The position numbers and the translations under genes are program-made. From Podarcis bocagei (taxonomy: Eukaryota), in NCBI GenBank assembly GCA_964188305.1, contig OZ076886.1: a stretch of DNA of 64,000 nucleotides; one strand, 5' to 3'. The notes under the pieces are model-generated. The model saw only the letters and a list, made by a program, of their open reading frames with translations. It made no database searches and was not told the origin of the DNA. Positions 1 through 13,158 of the stretch are shown here, one piece after another (the stretch's first letter is position 1; each line of letters begins with the position of its first letter).

Positions 1-639
1 CAGCTAATAAATGAGACAAAGCAATTTCTAGCTTTGGCTAATCCAGCAAAAACTAAGAACTTTGAACTGTATGATGTAATAGGATAAAGACTAAAAAACA
101 GAGCCACTTGATGCATTATAATCTAGTTTCATAATGTTAGTAAGCCATAATTCTGTGTTGTGCCCTAAGGGAGTGGCAATCATTGGAGTCAAGTGAGGCC
201 AAGTACTACGAATTCAAGTAGTAACGAGGCCAAGTAGTAACGAATTCACATTTATCTCTTCTTGACAGTACCCAGTTTTTAAGTAAGGATTGATATGCAT
301 ATGTAGGTAAACAAAGTAGTCTTTATTTATTTATTTATTTATTAATTATAATGTTTCTGTCAGGCTTTCCCTACAAGAAGCTTAAGGGGACATACATGGT
401 TCTCCATCCTCCCCATTCCATCCTCACAACCACCCTGTGAGCTGAAATAAGGTGACTGACGCAAGGCCACCCACTGAGCTTCATGGGTGAATGGGGATTA
501 CAATGTGGCTCCCCTATCCTCTAAACACTACACCATGCAGCAACTGGTTGCAAAAGACCTGCATTTTTAGCCTCTGGAATTAATATTGGAGGCTGAATTT
601 AGTGTTTTTCTGCACAGCACATACGTAAATGAGGAAATT

Positions 640-930
640 TGCTCCAGCAAGAAGTAGTGATGGCTAGCAACTTCAGTGGGTTTAGAAGTGAATTAGACCA
701 ATTCATGGAGGGTAAGACTATTAATGGCTGCTAGCCACAGTGGCTACATTCTACCTGCACTGTTGGAGGTGATAGGCATCTGAATACCAGTTGCTGGGAA
801 TCAAAAGGAGGAAAGAGTGCCGTTGCACTCAGGACCTGCTTGTAGGCTTCCCTTATGCACCAGGTTGACCACTGCAAGAACAGGATGCTAGAACAGATGG
901 ACTCTTGGCCTGCTCCAGCTCTTATGCTCT
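640..930 (+). mobile_element. CR1-like LINE 3' remnant
   Basis: Typical amniote CR1 3' text (ttagaccaattcatggag...caggatgctagaacagatggactcttggcctg). Related minus-strand copies at ~1095-1790, 28005-28295, 38150-38250 and 59215-59300. Confidence 0.6.
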
Positions 931-1289
931 TAAGGGGAGCTGCTGTTTTACCTTTTAGTGGTACTTGTGTGAAGTTGTCTAAATTGTAATATGAGAATAG
1001 ATACCACAATAAACATGAGAGAGAGAAAACTCTAAGATACATACAAGCAGACTAATAGTTTTCAAATACTGTTTGAGAATTACTAAGTTGCACGTGTAAG
1101 AAGAACCTGCTGCATCTGGCCAGTAGCCCATCTAGTTCAGCATCCTGTTTTCACAGTGACCAACCAGATGACGGTGGAAAACAGACAGCAATGGCCTGAG
1201 TGCAACAGTACCCTCCCTCCCTTCAGTTTTCAGCGACTGGTATTCAGAGGCATTGCCTCTGACAGGGGAGGTAGCACATAGTTATCAGG

Positions 1290-1658
1290 GTTCACAACTT
1301 GGGACCAGTTTACTTATGAGATTGCCTTACCCCACACATGCCCACTTGACCACTTCAATTGGCAGAATTGGCACTACTACAGGTGCCACATAATACCTAT
1401 TTTGCATTTGTAAGAACTCAATCATTTAGTGTGGCAGCATCTACACTTTGGAACTTCCTGTCTGTTGAGATCAAGCAGGCACCTTCACTGCACTCTTTCT
1501 GGTGCCTGCTAAAAACATTCTTGTTTAGACAAGCCTACCCACATGCTTAGAAAGTTGAGGTAACTTAAATCTGCTTTAGTATGTTAGAGTATGGCTGTAA
1601 TTTTTCATGATTTCTATTTTTTATCTTTTTGTAAACCACTTTGAGTTTTGTTTTGTTA

Positions 1659-1709
<51 letters not shown>

Positions 1710-1710
1710 A
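1290..1710 (+). mobile_element. L2/CR1-clade LINE 3' fragment with (TAAA)n tail, inserted into a minus-strand CR1 remnant
   Basis: ORF 1359..1550 (FSVAASTLWNFL...LLKTFLFRQAY) resembles the L2-type ORF2 C-terminus; (TAAA)n at 1659-1710. Confidence 0.65.
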
Positions 1711-2002
1711 TGCATAATACCCTTATACTCCATGAATTTGTGTAATCTTCTTTTAAAACCAGCCACATTGGTGACTATCACCGGGTGGAATTCAAAGCAG
1801 CACTTTAAGGAGATTGTTGCATCAGCGTAAGCAGTTCTGCTTGCCTGATGGAACATTCTCCCCACTACTCCCTTCCATGTGCGTGCTCTTCTTGGGGGTT
1901 CTTCCAACCATCCAAAGCCTACTGAGGAGCTCAAGGCAAAGAAGTGGGGGAAGCCCTGTCAAGCTAGTGAACTCATTGCAATGACTCCCGCTAGCTCAAT
2001 TA

Positions 2003-2234
2003 CAGTGGTACCTTAGGTTACAGACGCTTCAGGTTACAGACTCCGCTAACACAGAAATAGTACCTCAGGTTAAGAACTTTGCTTCAGGATGAGAACAGAA
2101 ATCGTGCTCCGGTGGTGCAGTGGCAGCAGGAGGCCCCATTAGCAAAAGTGGTAGCTTTAAGATCAGTTAAGAACAGTTTCAGGTTAAGAACGGGCCTCCA
2201 GAACGAATTAAGTTCTTAACCCGAGGTACCACTG
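2003..2234. mobile_element. Tc1/mariner (Tigger-like) MITE, family A
   Basis: TIRs CAGTGGTACCT.../...AGGTACCACTG with TA target-site duplication. Confidence 0.9.
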
Positions 2235-2771
2235 TACTGAGCTGAATCCAGCCAAGTGTCTCTTGTTTCCAGTGAAGTGGTCTCAGTGAGAGGTTTCTTC
2301 ACTCTGACCTCTCAGAGTTAGCTACCAGAGACTGCAGGGACTTTGGAGAGAGCTGCCTTTACTTTCCTGGCTAGCTGTTATGGACAACCTCTAGTTGCAT
2401 AGCATCACTACCACTGCAGAGTTGAGAGATACATTCCGGCCCCTGGACAAGGGGCCTGTTGTCACTGATCCCATGCACACATCTCACAATTTTGTTATGT
2501 CTCACTGTGTTCCTGCTTGCTAAATGATTCCAAGTGTGAAGCAGACTGAGATAACATTACTCCAATAGAGCATATGGAAGCTGGGCCGGGAGGGCTACTG
2601 GACAGAAGAAAGTGAGTCTAAAGGAGTTGTAGGTGCAGAGTGCTTTGACAAGCTAGCTGTGAAGGAGCCGGAAGTGATGAATGCTCTCCTTCCTGAGGAG
2701 TCTGTATCTCTGAGATTCTCTGAAAGTATATTTAGCATGCTGCTTGATGTGGTGACTTCATATAGGAGCCG

Positions 2772-3531
2772 CTGGTTTACATACATTGGGCCCTTTTTAT
2801 GTTGCATTGTCATTTGCTCATGAAGTACTTGAAGAGAAAAGGATGCAGGTTTGGGTAAACATGGATAAACCTAGCCCTCTGAGAAGCAGGTAAACAGGAT
2901 ACATGAGAAAGAGTTTCCTTCCCAGAAAGTCATTTCATGTGCGGCAGCTGAATAGTTTCATTTTTAAGACAAAGCTACACACACATGAAGCAATAAACAA
3001 TGTTGTTGTGAAAAGGTTTATTCATCAGCATTGTTCATTGAAAATTAATATTTCAAACATGCATCTCTTGAAAAGGAAGGAAAAGGAAAAGGAAAAGAAA
3101 AGAAATATTTATAGCTTCTCCTCCTGTTTCTTTCCTTGTCTCCTCTGTGCTTATTTATCTACTCTTCTTCAGCCTGTTGTATCAAGACTCAATAGCAGAT
3201 ATTCTGAGGCAATTTGAGATGCAGGAAGGGATTTTCCTAAAATTATATAGGTGATGGGGGTGTTTTTGAACAGCCTTTTAAAAACTGGGGATCAGTACCA
3301 TAAAGCTCATTGCCTTCAGTATACACACACTTCTTTTTTGCCCTTCTGAAACTGTTTAGTTGCAATACATGAAATGAATTTCTGGCGAGGAAACTCTTAT
3401 GTATCCTGTTTACCTGCCTCACAGAGGGCTAGATTTATCCCTGTTTACCCTAATCTGTATCCTTTTCCCTTTAAGCACTTTGTGAGCAAAGTACAATGTA
3501 GCTTGTAAAGGGCATAATGTCTGTAAACCAG
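2772..3531. repeat. Diverged inverted repeat (arms 2772-2960 and 3347-3531)
   Basis: Arms align as reverse complements over ~190 bp (e.g. ctagccctctg..gcaggtaaacaggatacat). Confidence 0.85.
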
Positions 3532-3853
3532 AATGGATTTTGTTGCAGTTTGTGTGTTTTGGTGTGACTATCGTAGGCACCAGCTGGACAGTGCTTGGAA
3601 TGTGTGATGCATTCCACCTACCATCCCACCCATAACAGTTTTAAAACAACTGAATTATTTTGTTTAAACTACATGTTCCTGCAGCCCTTAGAAAAAGAAG
3701 AGTATGTGTGAGAGAGAATGCAAAATATTGCATTTATTTATTTAAAACCTAATTTTAAATGCTTCTAGGTCGCTTTTCTATTACAAATAATATTCAGAGA
3801 AACTTACAAGAATATAAAAACAACATTATAACAGTGTTGCAAGCAGGAACAGT

Positions 3854-3856
<3 letters not shown>

Positions 3857-3930
<74 letters not shown>
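3857..3930. repeat. Compound microsatellite (TC)n(AC)n
   Basis: Seen directly. Confidence 0.95.
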
Positions 3931-3932
<2 letters not shown>

Positions 3933-4767
3933 TTTTAAAATGATAAAAATCAACCTAACATCAACTGAAATGAATCAAGATCTATCTTGATTTCAGAATG
4001 ATAAAAGAAATGTTTGTTGTTCCTGTGGGAAATTGCAGTGAAACATAGCTATGAATGAGTGCTAGTTAGTGCATGGACGGGTTAAGACAAGAGAGTTCTG
4101 TTCCTAGACTTGGCTAGGTCACACCCCGTCTTTTCCATGAGGGAAGAAGTGAAGCCTTCTCTTCCTGTTCCCTTTTTCTGTGTCATGTAACTGACCAAGG
4201 AAGAAATGCCTAAGAAAGCTCCACGTTTAGAGCACATGTTTGAAGCTATCTTTCTGTATTTTTTACCCAAGAGTATTCTGCCTGTGTTTTCCTTGCTGCT
4301 GCTTTAATAAATGCCTGAATCTGACCTTTGGAACATTTTGTAAGTAAAACATTTTAAAATTTACTTAACAGTGTATGGCTTGTTCATTGCAAGAGTGGTA
4401 GAAAAAGGTGAGTTCTGTATGCAACTAAGCAGGATAAAAGGGTCTAACAACCTATATTCCTAACACTACAGTGTTGCTTGACTTTTTGAGTTTAAACTCT
4501 GCTACTGAGGGTTTCCCCCTGCTAGAATGTCCGCATTTTGAATCTAGGTATCCAGCCATTTTGTTGTTGTTGTTATTTACCCCACACATGTGGGTGACAG
4601 TGATCTATTTTGTCTCCCACACCTATATTGGTAAAGAGCATTTCAAAAGTGGGATTCAAGAACCCCTCTCCCCTGTTGCCACTGGCACTTCAGAAAAGTG
4701 AATTGTGGGCACCTTTCTACGAAACGGGCTAGGTTTGGATTCAGCAGCTCTATCACTTCCTCTTCTC

Positions 4768-5009
4768 TGCCCACAGGCTCTGATCCCAAAAGACAATGAT
4801 TATTCTTACTTGAAAATAACAAAGAGATTTTCTTCAGGCTAATAACTGTACAGCCCTATCAGCTGTACTGTTGAATGGAATGTGCAGTGAATAGTATGAA
4901 GGGTGGTGTAAAAGTGTTTTAAGTAAATAATATACAATAGAACTAAAATTGAAGCATGTTACCCTCCAAATTATTTCAATGAAGACATTAATATATTTGT
5001 CAAAATTCA
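4768..5009 (+). repeat. 242-bp direct duplicate of 14190-14431
   Basis: Identical except one mismatch (4989 T vs 14411 A); offset 9422 bp. Confidence 0.95.
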
Positions 5010-5484
5010 TTCGTACTATGGTTGCAAAGTACTTTTTCATTTTACTATTGTATTTTTAAATTGAATTTAAGGACCCAACCTACTCTGCTGATATACATTG
5101 TTTTAACTGACTTTAATATATTGTTATATTGTTGTACCCTGTCCTGGACCCTTATGGTGTAGGGCAAGTAAGAAATCTTATAAATAAATCAAATAATGCT
5201 GTTCAGCCTAATGATGCTGACATTTCTGTGATATTTCTGCTGTGCTGTGCAGCATAAAGCTCTGGTTGGCATTTTAGATTAACCACATGTACTGATTAAG
5301 AGCTTGAATTAGCAATGCTGGCAGGAATCTAAAGGTGTTTTAGCCACATCCTCTTGCTCATTATCTGAGGTCATGCCCAGGTCATTCCAGGAATATGAAC
5401 AGCACCCAATTCTCTATACTGAATACTAATTATATTGAGCTGCATAGCAAAGGTGCTCCTCACCATGCCAGTATGCAGAGTGTA

Positions 5485-5836
5485 AAGGTAAAGGGACCCC
5501 TGACCATTAGGTCCAGTCGTGACCGACTCTGGGGTTATGGTGCTCATCTCACTTTATTGGCCGAGGGAGCCGGCGTACAGCTTCCGGGTCATGTGGCCAG
5601 CATGACTAAGCCGCTTCTGGCGGACCAGAGCAGCGCACGGAAACACCATTTACCTTCCCGCTGGAGCGGTACCTATTTATCTACTTGCACTTTGATGTGC
5701 TTTTGAACTGCTAGGTTGGCAGGAGCTGGGACCGGACAACGGAAGCTCACCCCGTCGTGAGGATTCAAACCACCGACCTTCTGATCGGCAAGTCCTAGGC
5801 TCTGTGGTTTAACCGACAGCGCCACCCACGTCCCTC
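5485..5836 (-). mobile_element. Sauria SINE, full length
   Basis: Reverse complement starts GGGACGTGGGTGGCGCTG and has an ACCTTT tail; 12-bp TSD ATGCAGAGTGTA at 5473-5484 and 5837-5848. Confidence 0.9.
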
Positions 5837-8800
5837 ATGCAGAGTGTACCAATGAAATAAAAGGCACTATCCAGGAGTGCTTATTTCCCTAGACTACAGT
5901 TATTCAGCCAATACTAGAATGGCCACATGATTTTTTTGAAAAACAGAGATAACCCTGTTGATCCCACAGAAAAGGTACTTCTATACCAAGGATGCTTTTG
6001 TAACTCAAAGAGCCTTCAGGAGTGCAGCTTTCAAAATCAGTGGCTTAGTTTTCCTGGGGTGTGTCTAAACTAAATATTGACCCTTGCTAGCTTGACATTG
6101 TTCAACAGATTACTTTCAACTTGGGGCAGAGACGTTTCTGAGTTCAAAATATTTTATTTGTAACCAGCTTCTATGCGTATTTATTTAAAAGTACCTTCCA
6201 GTGAATTCAGATTTACTCCCAATGAAGTTTCTTTAAGACTGCACCCGCATGTTACATTTCCAAAAGTACCCCCTCCCAACCTGCATAATTAAAAGAAATA
6301 GCAAAGCTCTGTCTAGTTCTAGATATTGATAACTTCCTGTGGAATGGAGGTTGAATGAGGCTTTTTCCTAATGCGGTTTTCTACTAAAGCTCAGTACTTG
6401 AGGTTATTTTATTATAACCATTTTATCTAGTGCCAATTTAATCAGTAGCAGACTAACACAAATAATATTTTTTTAGGCTTTCTTCCATCACAAATGTTGA
6501 CATACCAATACAGTGTTGACCAAACTAGAAACTTTGAAAGTAAATGAGCATAGAAGCTGTGCCAGGAATAAGGTGTCTGAAACAAAATGGTTCTGTTTTG
6601 TTTTATTTGTGAGGCCGGCAGATTGTATTTGAAACTAAGACTATACAGTATACTCTTTCACCTTGTAGAGTATTTAGTTACAGTGTTAAGTGCAGACTAA
6701 TTTGTTTTCCAGAACATATCATTCTAGCCCTAATTAGTGCTACATTGCCCTGTAAATAATCTTGCAACCTTCTCTTCAAAAAAACACAACCAAACTTTTA
6801 TTTATTGTTAATACACTTTTGGTTCTTGGAGTGTGATGAAATACATGGGCTAGCTGTTGTTGCTTCTTCTGCAACTGTCTTTATTTGCTATATTTCCAGT
6901 TACTTTATACAGTCCATTTCTGGAGAGTTGGTATAGCATAGTGGTTCCAGGCCATAGTACACAGCAGTGAGTAAAGGACCTTAACAGGTGTTTTGATGGT
7001 CCAGGGTGGGGGGTTTGGACCATCTTCCAAGGGTGGAATAAGCACACCAGCCCACCCAAAAAGCTCAGTTGCATTGTTAAAGCTGACAGCACTCACCATT
7101 TGCCCTGCAATGTATGAACAACTCCAGGGCTCACTAGCGGCACCCTTTTTGTATCTGGAACCAATCTGGGAGTCAGTCTGGATGGCCATCAAAAAACCCT
7201 AATACACAAGTAGCCTTTGTGATTACAGAGTTTTCTAATGAAAGGTTTCTTCAAGACTAGAATTTGTTAATTTCAGTCACAAATTACCCAGCTTGTGAAT
7301 TCTGTGATGTAGATAATGCAAGAAAATCATTTTATTGTTCAGCAGACTATAAAAAGGATAAAGGTTCCCTGACCTGTGGTTTGCAGGCTCTCGCTGGGTT
7401 AAGTTAATCATGTATCAGTTTAATATAGTTTAGCCTAATTTAAAATTCCGGCTTGCTCCAAAGCTGATTGTGGTAGTTTCCTTGTTTAGAGCAAAAAATA
7501 GAGGTCAGTTGGAATGTATTTGTTTATTTCAAAGTTTTATGTGCCGCTTTCCAGGGCCAAAACATTCCCAATGTGGCTTATATCAAAATTGTAATACATA
7601 ATTTATCATGTATCAATAAAATTACAATAAAAGATCTAAAAATATTAAAGCACATGACCTCAACCCTGGTGATCAATCAGGTGACAGATGTCATAGTCAG
7701 ATTGCTCTCAAGTTGGAGGGATATTTACTATGTAGACTCCAAGGTTCTAAACTGCATAGGGAGCCTACCCTATATGTTCACAATATCACCTTAGAGTCCA
7801 CCTAGCATTTCATAGCACTTTGCCCCCAGCTGTTCACATCACCACTAATGGCTTCATTAGTATCAATTTGGTTTCTGTTTGTGTACACATCAGGGAGCAT
7901 TGACACAACAAGTATGTCTTTACCTTAAGCAAAGATGCTCACACCTTGGCTAGAGATTAATTAAGAACAGCTCAAGGACTCTAACTGATATGAAGCTATT
8001 TTAATAAACAACGAACTAAATACTGACCCTATCTCTCATTCAGTGCAATATTATCCAGATGGCAGACTGCTCAGTTGCCTCTGTGTGCCTCCTCCAAAAA
8101 CCAGGCAGCAGCAGAGTTTTCAGTTTTGTAGCACTTGCATTAGAGAAATGAAAATCTTCCTTTCTGAAGGTATCTGGTTCCATAGCTGCTAGAGAAGGGG
8201 GACTGAACATGCATTTCTCCTTCTTCCTATGCAGATGTCACAGCCAGTAAAGTCAGTTTACATGGTTTTTCTATCCTAATAACATCCTATCTTGACTCTA
8301 AGCTTATTGATTTGAATGCTCTTTAGACGTTTTCTTAACTGTGTGGGAGATTCTGATTTATGAGTGATTGCCCCTATACAGCTGGGAGAAATGTTGATTG
8401 ACTCAGCCACACTCCCAGAGCCCAGTCCCTAAATTGGCAGTGTGCCAGCAGCAGGAATGCCAATCCTGTGAGAAAAGCCAAAGGGATCCTGCTCTGCTCA
8501 GATAATTGGGTCTTTTTTATCTTTTCCCCAGCTGCATGAAAGCTATCTTATGGCTAAGGAGCTCCCAAGGGTCTGGGTGAACATCTCAAAGGCACAATGT
8601 GTGCATGCAAATCGAAAGTTAGGGGAGCACTGAAAGTCAGCTTGTCCTGCAATATCACGTGTTTCCGTCTTTTATTCAAGGACAAGAGCAGGTTGTTCAT
8701 TTAGTGAAGTTTACTGTTTATGGGGAGAAATAAGGGTGTGTGACTAAAGCATCCTGGAACTCCTCATTCACTTTGCCAGCAATTGTCTAAGGACAGCAAC

Positions 8801-9632
8801 TCTCAAGCAACTTCTACATCTAATTGTGGAAACAAGCTGTATAAGTTTTTTTAAAAATATTGCTATATTCTGTAGTCATTGAAACTAAAGGGAATATATA
8901 ACCAGGCAGGGTGTTTTTAACTGTGTGCACTGTGGCGTAGCTCTATCCCACCGGGACTGCAGTGCAGTGTGATTGATGTGAAGAAGCGTCTCTCTGTTCT
9001 GGCACAGCATCACTGGCATGCTAAATAAGAAACAGCTGATGGCTGAGGCGCCATTGAGAGGAGAATCATAGTGAATGCTGAATGTCTTTTCTAGTGTGTT
9101 CAGTATTCCAGTGGTGCTGCAGTGGCATAAAAATAAATGTACTTAACAAAAAACCTGAGCCAAGGGACTGCTGATGAAGGCGAAGGATACAGAATGCACC
9201 TCTGCTGAAGATTTGAGGGCAGACTGCATTTTTTGTTTGCAACCAGGACTGCCAAGTGGATGAATCAGTTATTTGTGTGGGGTTTTAAAATATATTTCTT
9301 CCATGCTTTAAGGAATATTGTTGGATTTCAGCTTTATTTGTGGAGAAATAAATATGTGGCTGGCTTCCAGTTCTCCTCTCCGTAGCTGTGCTGATGGAAG
9401 TGATATTTCTAATCACTATTAATGAAGTTGCTAATGCTCTGATTTCCTTCCCCCCACCCCTAACCCCAGAAATGATTGCTAATATGAATGGCTAGCATGT
9501 GGAAGATTGTAGTCAGAGCTGGTTTATTACACCAGTGTTTTTTCTAGTAAACTAGAATTATATGATGCTTAAGCAAACTTCATGATCATGGCTGAAAAAG
9601 AGAGGTGAATGGACTTAGGATGTTCCTGAAAT

Positions 9633-9749
9633 GTGATTTTTGATGTGTTTCACGTCACCTGGAAGATTTGGGTTTTTCTGTCAAGTCTTGCCGTCTACAT
9701 GTGCTGCCCACGATCTCTTCAATGTCGGATGGAGATTAGGAAAGCAAGG
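9633..9749 (+). CDS. ARHGEF3: ARHGEF3 candidate alternative first coding exon (VIFDVFHVTWKIWVFLSSLAVYMCCPRSLQCRMEIRKAR); start codon uncertain (GTG 9633, ATT 9636 or ATG 9699)
   Basis: Open frame ending AGG|GTAATC (donor at 9750), phase 0, compatible with the phase-0 acceptor at 11643. Colinear with my recollection of a 38-aa mammalian ARHGEF3 alternative N-terminus (MIEVCHSGWRLWIFL...RQAR). In-frame TGA at 9627. Confidence 0.65.
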
Positions 9750-11642
9750 GTAATCGTAAACTTTCAAAAAATATTTACTGCTATAGCTTTTCCTGCTTCT
9801 TATACCTTTGTTTACATTTGTGTGTGTGTGTGCAGAAACAAGAGTATTAATCCTTCAGAGGTTCTTGACACAAAAGGGGTTAAATAGTGAGTTGTTAATT
9901 GTATATCTTGGTTCTTGAATTGCTCTTTGATGATAGATGCTTATTGAGTTTTGTTAACAACTCAGTTCTTTAAATACATAGTGGTTGTTTTATAATTGCG
10001 TAATAAATTTGAGAGATATGCATACAATCAAATATACAAATGACCTTCGCAAATACTGTAATCTTAAACTCTCTAATTCTTGATTGCTGGAGATCTGGTA
10101 ACACAGAAATGCATAATGATTTGACTCTCAGCTGGAAGAAATATTTGAGGCTAAAGACTTCTGTTTTGAAATTGTATCTATGCCTTTCAGTGGCAAGGTC
10201 ATGATAACAAGCATAGCTGCTGAACCTTTTGCATTGCAAGATGAGACAGGGAAGTGATTAAATGTATGTGCATGAATGTTTTAACAGTGCAATTGCATGC
10301 ACACTTACCTGAGAATAAGCCCAATTGAACACAATGGGACTTACTTCAGAGTAAACATGCACAGGATTAAACCCTAAGGTGTGTGAAGTTACATATGTCT
10401 GTTGTGCATCCTTTCTCTCTCCAAAACATTTTCTTCTTGTATTGTTGATGTTTCATATGTTTGCCAGCTGTGTGCATTGAGCAAAATAATCTTAATAGTA
10501 AACATGAGAATTGGTTGTACTCATGCCGAGTCTTACTAATACCCTACTAAGGTAGTGATTTCTGCATACTTGGGGTATGAGAAAAGAGTTGTGGGGGACT
10601 TTTTTATCCCCAAATGGCCTAATGAGATTTTTTGCTTAGCATCTTCCAGAAATTGTCAAGGGCAGTTGACCCATGAAATGCTGAGGATGTTGGAGGTGGA
10701 ATGTCATAGGGGAAGTATTAGTCAGCACAAGCCCCTGACAGATTGAACCCCAGGAGGTGTCTGTTAAGGCTGGTAGAGAGGTGCATGCAGTTAGCCCCCT
10801 TCCCTGTGCTATATGGGGAGAGCTCAGGAGACAGTAAAGGACAACAGACGGTTTTTTACCTCTCTCCACAGTTTATAGCAATCTTCAGAAATCACCTAAT
10901 CCACCATGAACCTGCACAACCTTTGAGATAGGCTGCTGAGACCCTGCTAAGTTTTGTCTTTACATCAGATCAGATAGGTGAGCATGAGAGATGGGACATT
11001 TTTTGGCAGAGACATCAAAATAGTAGAATTCCCTCCCAATGGTGATCCTCTGGGCCTCTTTCTGTTTTGATCTGTTGCTTGCTGCTGTCTTTAGCATTTT
11101 TGTTTAATTTCATGTCTGATTGCCTTCCTACCAGTAACACTTTACATGTTTTAAATGGAAAAGGGGGAAATGATAATAACAACAACATACTCAGGTTTAA
11201 TCTTGCTCTCTCTGACATCTTTTTGGGGACTGCTCTTTGTTGTTTGGGCAGGAAAATAAATGCATTTGGCTTTTAATAATTTTTGAAATATTAAGGTTGT
11301 TTGTCTTAAGTTTTTGTAAGGTATGTTTTTTTGGTACTTGAATTTTGTATTTGTGTGTTATCCTTTCTAAGTCATCCTGGGGGCCTTTGGGGGCCAAAAG
11401 CTGACAGCCAAACTTGGACTTGCACCCATTAGCACTATATGGCACACTGTGGAAAGTATTCAGGATGGTGGTTTTGCTTTATCCCCACCTGAAACCTTCT
11501 GGGAGAACCAAATAATACTACCAGCCAGTTGGAGTCCTGAATAGGGTCCCCTGTTGGGGACTGGGATACATTGGAACTTCTATACTTGTATTATGGTTGG
11601 TTTTATGATTCTAAACGTAAATATTTTGTCTAAAATTTACAG

Positions 11643-11750
11643 GAGCCCAGTAATAAGCGGGTCAGGCCTCTTTCTAGAGTGACATCACTAGCAAGTTTAA
11701 TTCCTCCTGTTCGAGCAACTCCTTTGAAACGATTCGGTCAGACGCTTCAG
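11643..11750 (+). CDS. ARHGEF3: ARHGEF3 coding exon (EPSNKRVRPLSRVTSLASLIPPVRATPLKRFGQTLQ)
   Basis: AG at 11641-42, GT at 11751; 108 nt; matches the ARHGEF3/NET1 N-terminal motif. Confidence 0.95.
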
Positions 11751-12233
11751 GTAAAACCGATTTTTTAATTAATTAAGTAGGGTTCAATACAAGGGATACA
11801 ACATGTCTTATTTCTTGTATTGTTTGTAAAGCATTTATTTTTGCATATTGCTCATCTATATGGAAGTAATGAAAAGCACTTTATTAATAATTTTCACTTT
11901 CAGTAAAAGCAAGTGTTTGATTTCTGCTCAATAACAATTTCTGTTATACAAGGTTGTCTCCAATGCTACTTCTACATAGAATAGACCCATTGAAATCAAT
12001 AGACATTACTAACTTGAATCCATTACTTTTAATGGATCTATTTTGAGCAGAACTAGTATGGGAGACAACTCCTAACTCCTCCTTTTTGATGCAACTGCGT
12101 CAGTTCTCATTCCAAAATATTAAACAGTATTGTGTGAATAAACAGCAGTTTTACTTTGTCCTCAACAAGATGACAATTAACCTTACTATCAACCCTAGCA
12201 AAGCAATAACTATTTTATTTTTATTTTTCACAG

Positions 12234-12404
12234 CGTTCCATCAGTTTTCGCAGTGACAGTCGGCCAGATCTGCTTGCCTCAAGACCCTGGACTAGAAATG
12301 TACCTCCTGCTAGCACCAAGCGAAGAGACAGTAAACTTTGGAGTGAGACCTTTGATGTTTGTGTCAATCAGATGCTGACATCCAAAGAAATCAAGCGGCA
12401 AGAG
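12234..12404 (+). CDS. ARHGEF3: ARHGEF3 coding exon (RSISFRSDSRPD...KLWSETFDVCVNQMLTSKEIKRQE)
   Basis: Canonical AG/GT, 171 nt, phase 0-0; KRRDSKLWSETFDVCVNQML is ARHGEF3-type. Confidence 0.96.
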
Positions 12405-12879
12405 GTTTGCTTACTTATATTCTCTTTGGACTTGCCTGAAATGGCATTAAGGAATGCAAGTGAAGATACACATGTTTGTGTATAAACTTTTTTTTAGTCC
12501 TATTTTTCCCTCCTTGGAAGAACTAGCCACCACCCATCTCCTTTGCACACATGAAAACACTGAAATGCACAATCACTCCTTGCAATCACTCCAGGCTTTA
12601 AAAGCAGCCATCACAGCCTTCGAAGACAACACAGTGCATTCTTGCATTCCTGAAGCGAGAGAAGGCAGAAGCTAATAACTGGCTCTTTCAAGCTGAGGGA
12701 AACAGGGCTAACTGTCTTCACGTCTTCATTGGAAAAAAAGAATTCATAATAAAATATTTTAGAAATGGAGGAAATGCCATGCACAGCATCACTTGGCATT
12801 CCGTTCTAGCTTAGCATAGGATGCTGAATCATACAAGTACCCTTTATTAAAAGGCCCCAGGGCATAGTCTGAAGGCACA

Positions 12880-12942
12880 TGATTTAGCAGTCTGCTGAAG
12901 CTAAGCCAGTCTGGTATGTGTCTGATGGGAGACCGCCTGGGA
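12880..12942 (+). mobile_element. 5S rRNA-derived SINE fragment
   Basis: GAAGCTAAGC...GATGGGAGACCGCCTGGGA resemble the 5S internal control boxes; truncated and diverged. Confidence 0.55.
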
Positions 12943-12952
12943 CCGCCATTTA

Positions 12953-13158
12953 CAGTGGTACCTCGGTTAAGAACTTAATTCGTTCTTAACCTGAAACTGT
13001 TCTTAACCTGAGGTACTACTTTAGCTAATGGGGCTTCCCACTGCCGCGCGGCCACGCAATTTCTGTTCTCATCCTGAAGCAAAGTTCTTAACCCGAGGTA
13101 TTATTTCTGGGTTAGCAGAGTCTGTAACCTGAAGCATCTGTAACCCGAGATACCACTG
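12953..13158. mobile_element. Tc1/mariner MITE, family A (opposite orientation to 2003-2234)
   Basis: CAGTGGTACCTCGG/CCGAGATACCACTG TIRs, TA TSD. Confidence 0.9.

Noticed and set aside
4025-4465. Possible solo LTR (TG...CA, internal AATAAA)
   Set aside because: No matching target-site duplication found, so support is insufficient.
1-9600. Canonical ARHGEF3 first exon (MVAKDYPFYL...)
   Set aside because: Not found by eye in the window; presumably upstream.
12880-12942. 5S rRNA gene
   Set aside because: Only a short, diverged, partial match; SINE-derived.
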